Of a stretch of DNA of 42,972 nucleotides, positions 1-13,100 are shown piece after piece; the stretch's first letter is position 1; the number at the start of each line of letters is the position of its first letter. The DNA lies in assembly GCA_002633005.1 (NCBI GenBank), contig NMRA01001174.1, forward strand, positions 1-42,972, given 5' to 3'. The stretch comes from Phoronis australis. Taxonomy: Eukaryota; Animalia; Phoronida. Position numbers and translations under genes: made by a program. Under the pieces are notes generated by a model. The model did no database searches and was not told where the DNA came from. It saw only the letters and a program-made list of their open reading frames with translations.

Positions 1-132
1 GTGTTAAAAGGCAATTCCCAGGTGTACATGTATATTACATAGTGTGTTAAAAGGCAATTCCCTGGTGTACATGTATATTACATAGTGTGTTAAAAGGCAA
101 TTCCCAGGTGTACATGTATAATACATAGTGTG
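1..132. repeat. 43-bp minisatellite, ~3 copies (may continue upstream of the window)
   Basis: Unit gtgttaaaaggcaattcccaggtgtacatgtatattacatagt recurs at 1, 44 and 87 with 1 mismatch each. Confidence 0.95.
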
Positions 133-894
133 CTATCAGTTACCCCAACAAATTATATTAAGAACTTTGCATTCATGTCATTTTGAAGACGAAAGTATGT
201 ACTGACATTCCAATACGGGGCGTGTGTACCCGGCGACGTTATTGGAATCAGCGAGAATAGGTCGTTTTGTTTGGTGCAAAAGAAGTAGAAACGTAAAAAC
301 GATATACTGATTAACTTGTTTTTTTTCGTCATGAATCAATATTGAAATTTATTGAAAATGTCATATTAGGAACTAAATTTTCAAAATAATTCGCTTTAAA
401 ACCCTACAAAAGATCGCCGCCTTTTTGAACATGCACAAGGTCAACCTTGGCATTTAAATACTAGGCTATAGTGTAGATCTCAAAAACGAAAGCCTTTACT
501 CAGAGTTTTTACTATGCAATACAGTGCTGTCAACTACCTGGTGATTTTTAAGCGTATTTCAACACTTCAAGTAGTCTCTTATTTTTCTGAGTCAAATTTT
601 ATTTTAAACGAAAATAGATCTAGAAGCATTGTTGTACTGTAGTAACCAAACTCAGTGTTCTAACAGTGCCAGCCGCTGGAGGGCGCGCTGCGGACCACGA
701 CTTTAGTCCCCGACAGTCCTGTCTTCGAATCGGCAAGGGTTGATACCATTACTATACAGCAATGGGGGAAGTGATCGAGTCACACCACATGTAAAATAAT
801 GTTTCATGTTCAGCTGTATTGAATATAAACGGCCAAGATCTTTTGCACGGTCACTTGTCAGTCAGGTCAGCTATGTGTTGTTGCAGATATCAGT

Positions 895-970
895 TAGCCA
901 ACCCGCCGGCTATTGGCTGCGTTGATGACCCATTTACCCAGTGACTCATCGAAATTTCAGGAAAAACCAT
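895..970 (+). promoter_or_regulatory. Putative proximal promoter of the ANK-protease gene
   Basis: Reverse CCAAT (ATTGG 912-916), AP-1 site TGACTCA (942-948) and a weak kB-like aggaaaaacc, 80-140 bp upstream of ATG 1049. Motif matches only. Confidence 0.3.
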
Positions 971-1048
971 AAGTGTATTTTTATTTTATTAAGCTACGTG
1001 CCTACTCGCGCATAACAACCACAGTGACTCTGAAGAAAAGACGGCGAT

Positions 1049-1105
1049 ATGGCTGCTAATAAGAAATCAAGGCGTTTACTTCTCAGTGAGGCACAATTGG
1101 AAAAG
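1049..1105 (+). CDS. Exon 1 (MAANKKSRRLLLSEAQLEK)
   Basis: ATG in context gatATGG, 19 open codons, consensus donor AAG|GTGAGT, phase 0, joins exon 2 in frame. Confidence 0.65.
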
Positions 1106-4100
1106 GTGAGTTTTTAAAATGTTTTGCCACCTGTTCGGGCCCAGCTTGATCGTCCCAGCGTAACATGTTTATGTTAATATGTTATCGAAGTTTGATTGTT
1201 TGACTCTCGGCGTTACGAACACAATCATCGTGAAGTTCCAAGTTAAGGTTTAGGCCCATAGGCGGATTTAGGGATGGCCCACTGCAGCTGGCCCGCCCTA
1301 GCTAGCTGCTGCCGCAAAAAAAGAAATCACACTGAGTGTTCCAGCAACAGCGAAATATTGAGTGCAGTAACTAGGATCACTGGTAGCGGATGTGGGAGCC
1401 GGGGGGGGGGCTCATACCTAGGGCGGAATCGTGTTCCCGTTTTTTTTTTTGTTTTAGTCCCGGCCGACGACAGGGTTTCCGAACACTGAGAAAGTCCACA
1501 TCCCCGGTCCGGAATGGCGGGCGGCCTGTGCAGATACAATCGCGCTTTTCCCAATTCCCTGAGGTCAACGTACGTCTTGCCCCCTCCCGTATCCTAGATC
1601 CGCCACGAGGCCTATACGTAATTAAGTGAATATACTCCCGCTCTTGTGTTGACAAAAAGACTCGAGAACCTCGTCAGTACTCTAAAAATGGCTTCACTGA
1701 GACTAGGAATTTCCCAACGTCACAGGGCAAAGCGGCGAGGGATGAACACCCCTTTGTATAGATAATGGTCAGAAGCTTAGGCCGGACTATCTCTGCAAGA
1801 TTGGATGATACGTGCATCCTTTTGAGGCTGTGAACATTATATAACTAGACCACTAGTGGCTGTAGCACCGACTGAATTAAGGGTTCGTTGTTCGGCAGGC
1901 CAAGCAACTCATCAATCACAATATTCCTATCTGCGCCGACGCACTCACTGGTCACCAGATTTTTTTCTTTTGTCTCATCTTTTTAAAAGTCCTATATGAT
2001 TGGCAGCACGTGTGTTTAAAATGTGTGATCTAAGCTGTTTCAATTGTGCTGGAGTTACATGCGGGATGGACGTCTGCGCTTTTCATCCCTTGTCATCGCC
2101 GCGTGCACTGTCCCACCGACTCTTATACCAAAAAACTCTTAGAAAAATAAGACAGTTTTAAGTATGTGCGCGTGTGATAGCTGTGAGACGTTAATTACTA
2201 CAGTCTACACTTCTGAGAAGACTTGCCTCAGTGTTCATGATTTCACCTGGGTTAAGTTCGGTAACCTACGCGATAATCTCGGCTATAAGCAAGACCTTGC
2301 GAAGCAAGACTGCTCTCATTGGTTACTGGCAACCGTTCAATTGTCCTAATTAAGGTCATGTTCTATAAATAACTTCATACCGCTGCATACCAAGCCAAGA
2401 AAAAACAGTGAATGTTGACTCGCTCACATTGTCCTAGGCAATGACCATCGCCTCTGTTGGCCCGAAGCAGAGGCGATGTAGAGGCTATAGGCGCTCTGTA
2501 CGCCGGAAGCTTTTCGGCGAATTTTGCCTCGCACCGACTAAACCATCAAAGTCACGTTGTTATAAATACCTTTTGCGCATAGAGGAACACCTTAGGAGGT
2601 TGTCGATGTGTTTAATTCCTTCCAACTCGAACAAATACTCCCGTTATGAAACTTTTTCTTCGAGCAGTCCCTATTTCAGTTCCCAAAATCGTGAACTCAC
2701 ATTGAGTAAAGTCGAGTGATGCTGTTGTGTCGCAGGGCTGATCTAAGTCAAAGGACACGTCAAGTTAAAATCCAATAGTTGATGAAATAAAGGATGTGTA
2801 TTCCACGTTGTCTGCGTTTCTTACAGTCCAAAATTCTAAGCTCACGTTGATTCACAGGCTTTCGCAGGTTTTCAGTCCCTCAAAATTCATCGCTGCAGCA
2901 CTGCTGATACAAGGTTATAATAAAGGTGGTGGTCCACGTTGACTCATTTGTTAAACCCACCCAGTCGCTTTAAATGCTGTCATTCTGTTAGTATTTCTAG
3001 GATTTATTATGACAACAACAACTACAACAACAACAACAACAAGATGACGCCACAAAATCCTTAATAAATATATACCCGAGCCGATACCTCAACGACAAAC
3101 AGACTTCGAGAGGCTACGTGAATGAGCAAATAACAACTCGAGACGATGCCCCCTAAATGGTACCGAAGGGCAAAATACCTACCCCAAGACAATGTTTGAG
3201 AAAAGCAGGATACCGACTACAGTAGGCAGCACGCTATGGGCGGCTGAAATTGAACATACATGTAATAGGTGGAGATGAAAATGGTGGTAAACTGGTTTCA
3301 GTAGGTGAAATGGACACGAAGGTCAACGTGGACACAATGAGTCAGGAGACCGATACATGTGTTTATCATTTGTTAAGTTTGTATAAATGCAGGGTTATTA
3401 TGAAGCTTTGATATGAACATGGGTCACAGTTTGAAAATTTTTCATATATTCTTCAGCGTCAAGATCCATGAACAACCCAAGCCCTCCCTGACTGTTCATA
3501 TCATCTACGAAAGCTCTCTGCTTGTAAGGATGATTCCATGCTGGTAGTGAATGTAGACTATGTGATTTAAAATCCGTTTTTTGTTATTTTTTTCAGGTTC
3601 TAGAAGCTGCATTAGATGGCAATTGTTCTGAACTTGTGAAATATATAAAGCGTGGGTGGGATGTGGACCAAGTACTGAATTCGTCGGTGAGTATTCACAC
3701 ATGAAAGCTCATATGATCATCATTGGCTTTTGAAGTGCACCTTTTTAAAGAAACAATCATTGTTACATGTTTCATCAGGATGGCATTGCTTTCCTGGTTT
3801 TCTGTTGAATATTTCTATATCAACACTCTATACTGTTAACCAAAGCAACAGGTGAACATCGTAGTAACATTACAACAGTGATAACAAAATATTCACTTTC
3901 AGCTGCAAAAGTGTAAATATGGCAGATGTTTTTCTTGATTTACGGAAGTATGTCGATGAGAAAAAAATATAATCAAGTTATCGTATAAAGACTGTTTAGT
4001 ATGGAAGTGCTGGAAACTTTATTAAGAAGCACTTTATAGACGCTATTGGGATAGTCATGAGAATCAGTGATCAAAAAAATATATTTACCATGGAATGCTA

Positions 4101-7100
4101 TTATTTTTTCCTGCAATATCATCGACTGTCTGCAGGTCCGCCAGAAGGATCCCGAAAATGATCGATGATAGTGCAAACAATTAGAAACTGGCCGATTTGG
4201 GCAGACCACAGTCGCACCGGAGAGACAGTCTTTGAAAAGTGGGTCCACCTTTTTTAGAGTTTAACAATAATCTTGACCTGAGTCTGTTGACAGATTTGCT
4301 TTGTTATTGTGCGGCGGTATAGGACTATAGGAAGAAAGAAGTTATTCTTTAAGAAAAAGTATTGTATAAAATGAATTTAATAATGCTATATAATTTCTAA
4401 ATTCCGTGTGTATATTGGGAGGGTGTGACATGTATCTATGCCTTGATTATTGTGGATTTACGAATGGCTCGACTGTAACATGGCGGAACTAAGGAAGGCA
4501 TGATGAAAGAGACCCTGGTAGAGATCGGTAGCTGTCTCGGGTTACGAAAAACTATCCAAACTCACGTGTTCTTTTTAAAATACACGGCGTAATCTCGCGA
4601 ATGGCCTAGCGAGTTCCTAGCGTTTTTGAACTCTACCCAGATCGAGTGGTTTTGGAATTTTGTTTTGCTTATATCATTTACTTTTTTAAGAACTTGAGGT
4701 GTTATTACCTAAATGCAATTTTCATTGCAATTGCATTTAGGATGACTTAAGATTTTTGACTATATTCGACCCTTTCATGACACCAGTAATGATTATTGCA
4801 AGCTTGATAATATGGTATGTCTAGCTCAAGCAAAAGTTCCCGCACAATTTACATGTACTTGGTGCATTAAATCACCATAGTCAAAACGTTTAAATCGTAT
4901 GTACTTATCAGACGATTCAAAACTTGCATTAAAGATGCTATACACTGTCAGTAAGTTGATTAGAATTTTTTGCGCACGGACACGTTAGTGTGGTTTAAAT
5001 GACATTTCATAATCTTCTATTATGGTTAGATGTCTTTACCAGTGTTTTTTGGGTAATAATTTCACCATCCAAACCCAAATAAGAATAGGTCAGTGTACAA
5101 TTGGGGATTCTAGACTAACACATTATCTCAGCCTTGAAGTTTACATGTTTGTACCTTTTACGAGTCCTGAGCCTAACCAAGATTCAGTTATTGTTGGTTC
5201 TTGGGATGGTTTCGAGATTTGGATAAAATTTGGCTCTATCACTGACTATGTCATGGGTGCTTTTGGAAGTCTGTAATTGATGTAGAGAATAAAAGGGAGA
5301 CAAGTTTTCCGTACCCCTTCATAAACATAATCTGGTTTAGAAAATACGTCATCTACAAGTGGTCGTGCTACCCGATTTGATAGATTACATGTCATGTGGG
5401 AAGTGAAGAGTGTATGCAGAGTATGCAATATTCGATAAGAGACAAATTCGTAAAAGAAGAGATCTTGTGAAACCTTGTCAAATGGGGATTAATTATCCAA
5501 CATTAAACCCATTTTTATATTGTTATCGTATCTCATGAACAACTTTAAACAGGAGAGAGGTAGTACTCTTTTCACTCATAAAACCAAAGTGAAATTAAGT
5601 TATTGAAAATGAGGTTCTTGTACATTTTATTCACTTTTAAAGAAAAACTGCTGTGATTCTGAATTCTTTTCTAATTGGGTACCATAATCCCAGTTTCAAA
5701 TAGAAGGTTGTCTCCTGTCAGTAGAATTTTGTTGAATAAATTAATGATCAGTAGAGGCATATCTTTATATTGGTGTAATTATTTATTTGTAATTTAGTCG
5801 GAGTAATCACCTTTTTACATGAATGTTTAATCGATTCTGCATATTGGAACACACAACACTTTTTGTTACCGACAGTCTTTATTCCTCCTCGTTCAAATGT
5901 TCCGAATAAAACTCTACACTCAACGGTACATAGATGAAGTAACTGACCTAACGACATAATTGACTTATCCCCAGGATTTTGGGTGACGGCTTACTGACCA
6001 AACAGAATGCAGCATTTTTGAAACACCTTCGTTTCCAAGCTGCCATTTTACCCGACAAACAACACGTCGCCATGTAAAATTTATTGTTTGTTTGTCGACA
6101 TTTCGCAAGGGGCGGAACTTGCGATAGGTCAATCAAAAGGTATACCTAACACGATATTTTGAAGCATACGGGGTACTTGTTCGATTCTCAAGTGGATATA
6201 AAATGACTCAGTAATGCCACCACAGAGCATAAGCTGGATACTTTCATGTTGGACAAGCTTACGCCTGTAGTCCCATGTGAACCGTTCGTTATCAGCTGCC
6301 CGGTCGTGTAACTTGAACTGACTGTACTTCGGGAGCATGTTTTCGGTTAAACAGAATTTGTTAAATGCACGACACTTTTCATTGCTCACAGTCTTTATTC
6401 CGTTGCGTTCATACTTTCGGAACAAAACTCTACTCTCAACTGAACATAGATACAGTAACTGACCTAGCGGCATAATTAAAAGACATACGATATTTCGAAA
6501 CATACTTGTTCCATTCTCAAGTGAAGATAAAATGACGCAGGAATGCCACCACAGAGTATAAGCTGATGACACACACAGTGAGACACGGCATCTGTGAAAC
6601 ACCGCAAAGAATGACAAACGAAAGGGGTCACGAGAAAGTCAGGCAAACAACTGTAACGTGCAGCGCAACCCTGTTTGCTGCTCATTCAAAACAGGCGTGC
6701 GTTCAGTAACGCTAGGACCTACGCTAGGACCTAGCTAAAATCTAGCCAAAATCACTTGTTCTCATTTAAAATACTTGGCCATATCTCACGTAATTTCACG
6801 AAGTCTTGCTTTTTAGCGAGGTCCTAGCGTTACTGAACGGGAGGCTGGCTTCTTAATTGCAGTCAAAAGTGATTAGAATACTTTCAATCGCAGCACATCG
6901 TATTCTACGTACCGAATTGACGTGCTTTCCACAATTTCTTCACGGGTGATTTTACGTTCGTGAGGTTGCAAACATTGATCGATGATGGTTTTCTAGTAAA
7001 TGTGTGACATGTGGTAGGGTCTCTTCGACTTGGAAATTTGGCAAATAATCTGGACTGTTCGCAAACAAATGTTATTTTAATACCCACATCTTAAAAGATG

Positions 7101-10100
7101 TTGCTTTATTTGTGAAGTAATCCAAGCAAAGAGAACATAAAATATGATTGGTATCTCCCATCTGGTGATTTTATAAAAAGTCATGAGTTAATTTCGTTCG
7201 CCTTGCCAAATCAGTGAACCAAAAGTCGTCTCAAACCATTCTGTAAACATGTTACACAACATGCACGGTGTCTGCACTTGAAAAGGAAGGCAAAACGAGT
7301 ACGAAAAACTATAGAATACAATTTAGTTTTGACGGAATTGGTAAACCCGCCTAAAATTTACCATTTCAACTCAATGGCAGGTTACACCTCTCGTTCTTTG
7401 TCACATTATAGACCAAATGATATGGTGCATGCATGCAACCAGCCTAAAAATGGCGGGCTCCAATTTTGAGAATGGGTACCTTTTATTGAAAGAAACGGGG
7501 TACATGTACGTTCACAGCTATGAATTGGGCATTCGCTGAATTTAGTTGGTTCCTGCCTTATCAGTGGCCTTTCGTCTCGTTTTTTCTGAGTTTTTGTTTC
7601 TCTGATGCGGAGTAAGGCTCAACATTTAAAAAGAATAGTATTAGTTTACATGTGCATTATGAGATGTGACATTAATTCAGCCCACAAGTCTTGATCACTG
7701 TGGATTCAAGTGTTCCTTACGTTTTAAAGTATTTTAAAAAATGCGATACCGTCATCTTCAATCCACCATGTCATAGACAATCCTTTCTAAGCAAAATCAG
7801 GCGAAGAATGGATGCAGTGGAAAAAGACGCACCAATTTTGGTATTATCAAAGCTTAAATCTGTAACACTATCGTGTACAATTGGCAGCATTTTAGACCAA
7901 TATGAAAAGAAACAAATGCTTACTTCTTGCGTCAGGTTTTCATTTGACACAAAGTGATAGAGGTCCGTATACAGTTTCACCAAACAGACAGTTTTATCAA
8001 AATTGAGGTTCAAGTCTGAGAAATTTGCAGACTGGTCGACTAATGAGAGTGATGACTTGAGTGAACTTTCCTAGCCTTCGAAAAGAGCAACATCATCAGT
8101 ATATTGCAACAGTTTGCACTCCGTATTTTCAAATTCGTTTCCTTTGCATCATGATTTTTTCCTGAACAATATCTGGAGAAAGATGTCACAAGTGCAGCAA
8201 GTTGCACCAGTTTAAACAACGTCTAGACAGCACCCGAAATCTTGCAGCAACTCCATTCGAAGAATAACATATTCTACAACAGTGTTGTATGTGGATGGCT
8301 CTGATGCCTACTGCTCTCTGCATATAACCAAAATAAGGAGACAGAGTCTACAACCGCAGTTGGTTGAAAAGAGTTCAGAAAATATGCAATATTGCATTAT
8401 AACAAGATTTGAATTCTCTAATAGTGCTTCAAACCAACTTCTAGTACATTCTGCAAAGTTTGTGAAAAAGAATTATTTGTCTCATAAAATTCATGTGCGC
8501 ACCCAGCGGGAGTGAGTCCCCCAACTGGCGAAGTGAATTAAAAGGTCAGCCTCAGAGAAACAAAAAGTCCGAGAAAATGAGACAAAAAGTCCACTAAAAA
8601 GGCACAAACGTACAATTCACATCTCTGGACGTGGTACCCCGTTTTTTAGTCCTTCGGCTTTTTTGTATGTAAAAGGTCCACATCCTCTGAAATTCGAGCC
8701 CCCCATATTAAAGGTTGGGTGCGCGCATGAAAAAGATTGGAAGCAGTAGTCCAAGCAAGGCATGTATATTCTCCGATTTAACGTCTCGCCAAATAGACCT
8801 TTTGAATATCAGGGAGTAACTGCATTTTGACTCGATCGGCAACAACACCTGAAAAACATGCATTAAGCAAAAAGAAGAGTTTCCAATTCTTTAGCTTATA
8901 ACGAGTGTTTTTCTTCTCAGGAATGAGCGTTTTTATACAGTACATGTATCTTGACTCTGTAATTCAGTGGGTCGTCTGTTTTAACTACAGGTGTAGTTAG
9001 CAGTTCTCTGTAACATAGGTAGCAATGATTTTCAGAAAAAAAAAACATCCATTGGAAATCCATCTAACCAGGCAGGTTTTTCGTATTTCACAGTTTTTAA
9101 ACCATCTGCTAGGTCTTCCATAGTAAATACAGATCCAACCTTTGCTAACTTCACGTAATTTTGGAACGACGGTTGCCGATGTTGGTGCTTTCTCACCTGA
9201 CATACTCCCTTGTCTACAGTCAGGATTCTGGGTCGCGGTTATTAGTATCCTATCCCATACCAGTACTTGTTCGACAGACAACTATAGATTGATACGAAAA
9301 ATCACATACATTAGTGAAGCTATAGCAAATTTCCACTGAACACCATGTAATAACCTCTAACAAATTTGTGTAAGGAACAACGAAATAAAGAGGAAAGAGG
9401 GGACATCAATACCGGGTGAACACGAAATACAGTTGTATGGTAATATCAAAATAGGTTATTGGCAGAAGAATTAAGTTCCTGAGGGTGAATATCGGTTGTA
9501 AAACCTTTTGCACAGACAGCATTGGGAAAAAAGGCACGGGGAACACCTTCAAATTAATATGTAAGCGGGTAACAAATGCTCTAAAAACCCATATTCATAT
9601 AAACTCGTTGAAACCATTTTTACCTAAATTAACCTTCTGTGCAAGACCTCTGTCCAGTCAAAGAATCCAAACCCTAATTTTTAAGTCGTTCCGTGAGTTG
9701 AAATGACGTCGCGTGCTCCGCTTTAAAAAGCAGCGCTTTGCACGGCAGTTCTTACGTGCACAAGTGTTAGCTACAAGGGGCATTTATTAATCACGATGAA
9801 ACGACTAGATTTCAGGTGTACAGTTCCGATTTGACCATGCGTATTTCGTCATGATGATTCCGACTGAAGCTGCTGATAAATATTTATCTGACGTAGTATT
9901 AATACATACAGGCTAGGTTTTTGAGAGAAGATTTGTAGAAAATCCCAGCAGTTAAGGACAAACGACGTGATCGTTGTTCACAGATTCCGGATGAGCTGTT
10001 CTAAGTAACAGCGATCACGTAAGCGCAGTTGCCAGGAAGACTTTTATTATCAAATTGTTGCAGGTTTTTCAGATTTGCTCACAATTCTGTCTTCACGCCA

Positions 10101-13100
10101 ACTTATCAGATTTTGCGTTACAATAAAGGAACGCCGAAAATTTTCGTACCTTTCAGTCATTTGACGTTAACATTAACAGGTGCCTATGGTTTTATACACT
10201 CTGTTCAACATTTCCACCAAATTTGCGCTAGATTTTGTTTCGGGGTACTCATTTTTTCCAGGCGTAATGTTTGCACAGTTTTCAATCCATGCGTGGTTGA
10301 TGGTGAAACGTATATTTTCCGGGATATAATTTTCACAAACAATTCCCCAAGTGGCAAATGTTAAAACTTACAGATTCAAAATTTAAGGAAATATGTTAAC
10401 CAAATATGTCACCAAATGCGCGCACCAGGGGAGGCTCGGGGGGCTCGAGCGAACCTATTTTTACAAAACGTGGTTGTCAAAACGTTTCTACATTTTAGTG
10501 GCTTTGATTTATTCTTCGAGAAAACTTATCGTCAATAGCAAAGTATTTCCGAGTACAGTATCAAAAATAAAAGAACCATTTGCTTATCAACAGATTCTAC
10601 TTGGACTTCCAATGTCATCTTTAATGTATTAATCAGATTATCACGCAAGTCACAGAAAAAAGTTATTAATGATTTTATACACTCCACTTTCTTGCGAAAC
10701 TAAGCGGAATCTTCGATGAAAACATAAATTAGAAAAAACTAATAATTGCGTTACACATATTCAAGATACTCAATTGAGATGTTTTCAATGTACATGTAGA
10801 CTGATTCACAAGTTCATTACAAGTGTTTACTCAAATTGGCGAAATCGATTGTGCTCTTTGTACTACAGTGTACCTGTATTTGTACTGATTTCACAGAAAC
10901 TGATGCACATATTTTTGGGTAGTTTCCGTGATGTAAAACCGGTATGGGTTAGATTATTGCCGGCTAAAGCATATCTTCTACAAGAATATTTCTTTATCAA
11001 CTACACTGCAAAGTAGCTCTGTTTGGTTCTTCGTAATCTTAGAAAGTATTTTAGTGTATAATGTTATTTTTGCTTAGCTAGACTTTCGTTATTTAAACAT
11101 AAACTTAAAGGTAGTATTCCAGAGTTTTGAAAACACAAAATAGTATTATTGCATTTATGTAGATTAATGTTAAACACATAAGAGATGTCAATAAACTTAC
11201 GGGTATACTTGCAGCAATTATTTTTTATTGCTTTAGTCGTTTTGTGACATTTTGTGATCAACTTTGCTTGATTAAATACACATGCAGGTGTATAGATACA
11301 TGTAAATGTTCCACGCCCATACACCGTGTATGCATGCATATGTGCTTCACAGTAAAGCAATAAAAATATATGGCTTCATATACTCTACAATAAAGTCAAC
11401 GTCTAGTAGCCTGGGTTATTTGCTACATGTATGTGGTCTGAGCAAAAAGCGTTGTTTTTGGTTTACGTTTATTTTTGTTGTATAACGTGTTCGGTATTGT
11501 TACGAAATGCCTTTATCCAAGCAATAGTTTATATCCTTAGGCAATACTTAACATTGTGGTCATGACACAAGCAAAAATAACAATAACTCGCCTTACCTCC
11601 ACATTTTGCGACATTGCCAAAATCCCAGCTCGCTGTCACGAATTCCAGGTCGCAAAAATTACCCGAAATTTTTATGCGCCAAATTGATTTTTAGGCCATC
11701 CAGAAAATGTTTAGATAAAATGCTCTTACCTTCGGCGTTAAGTATTCTCAAATTTCAGGTTGCATAACTGAGTTCTTAATGTTTGATGTATGTGTTTTCC
11801 TCCGAAGTCGACCGCTTTTGAAATGCCCTAGATGCGCATGTTGCTATGCAAATCAAATAATTCCTTGCCGCCTGACCTTCCCGTAAGGGTTTTCTATATC
11901 TACCGTACTATAGCACATCCTTTCGCGAGTTCAGAGAATTTGTTGCAAGCTTTGGTGGCTAAATGAAAGTTGAGCCAGTGCTCTCTAACCGTTTCGAGTT
12001 ACTAAATATGCAACGTAAACTAGAAGAAAGTAATAGTTGAAAAGAGACGCACGACTCTTTTATTATTGATCTGCCATGTTACTGTAATCGAAGTCGTTAA
12101 AGAAGAAAAGATACTGCTTTTACTCTGAGTGCAATCTTCCTCCATTTGTTTGTTCTTCAAATTTTACTCGACTGACTAAAAAACACGCTTTCGAAAAAAA
12201 TCCGCAAAACGTTTTCCTAGCTGAATGACGTATTGTGCATATACCGCTATCGATTTGGGGGCAGAAATTAAGATGACATAAACAGTTATCAAACAAACGG
12301 CAGGTCATCACGAACAATTAAGAACGGAATGCTGTTTACGTTTTCGTTTATAAGCTTTCTATTAAATAAAAAGCTTCAAATAATACCCATTCCGTGCGGG
12401 TTTCCATTATTGGGTAATTCGAGTTTGCTCCCTTAGCACGGATTCACTGTACACGTGCAGTGCTGTAGTGGTAAAATTAAAGGTAAGTACATGTAGGCGC
12501 CCAAAGCCCATCGTATCACCTTGAGCGCTGAACGTGTCTTACGGTGGATATAGGCGCTATGTTCAAATGCCAAAAGGTGGTTGGCTGCGCCGACGTGCGC
12601 CTACGCCCCACTACAGCACTGTGTAAGTGCCATATACATGTACATGTAACTATGCTGAAAATAGATTAGCCTCAAAACAACACGTGACCCCAGCTTGCAT
12701 ATCGCTATTGCAAGGCCGTACATTCGGAGGCAGAAAACGAATCCGGGATTTTGCTTTTAAACGTTGATGAAAGACTTGCTCTTTTAGAAAACGAATTAAA
12801 TTTTGTTGTTACCGGTAAGTAAAATGAGATTGTGACCTACTATAGACTGCGTAAATGACAAATTGAAACCACGCGGACGTTAACAGGATACAATACAACG
12901 TCTCCTTCGATCACTGCACACGTACTTAAACCGTGCGACTCGAAACATCGCGATCCGGTTACCGTATTTTAAAGTTTTGAAAATAAACTTCAGTGAGTGA
13001 AATTACGGGTGGGGGCTTGCCAGAGCTGTTGGCGCTTTATTGAAGTTTGTCAAAAGTTAAGATGGCGATTAGTAGAGCTGTGGGCGCTTGTTCCGAAAAC

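Noticed and set aside
1274-1655. Four overlapping GC-rich ORFs
   Set aside because: They lie in a MITE with homopolymer tracts inside intron 1, and the translations are low-complexity.
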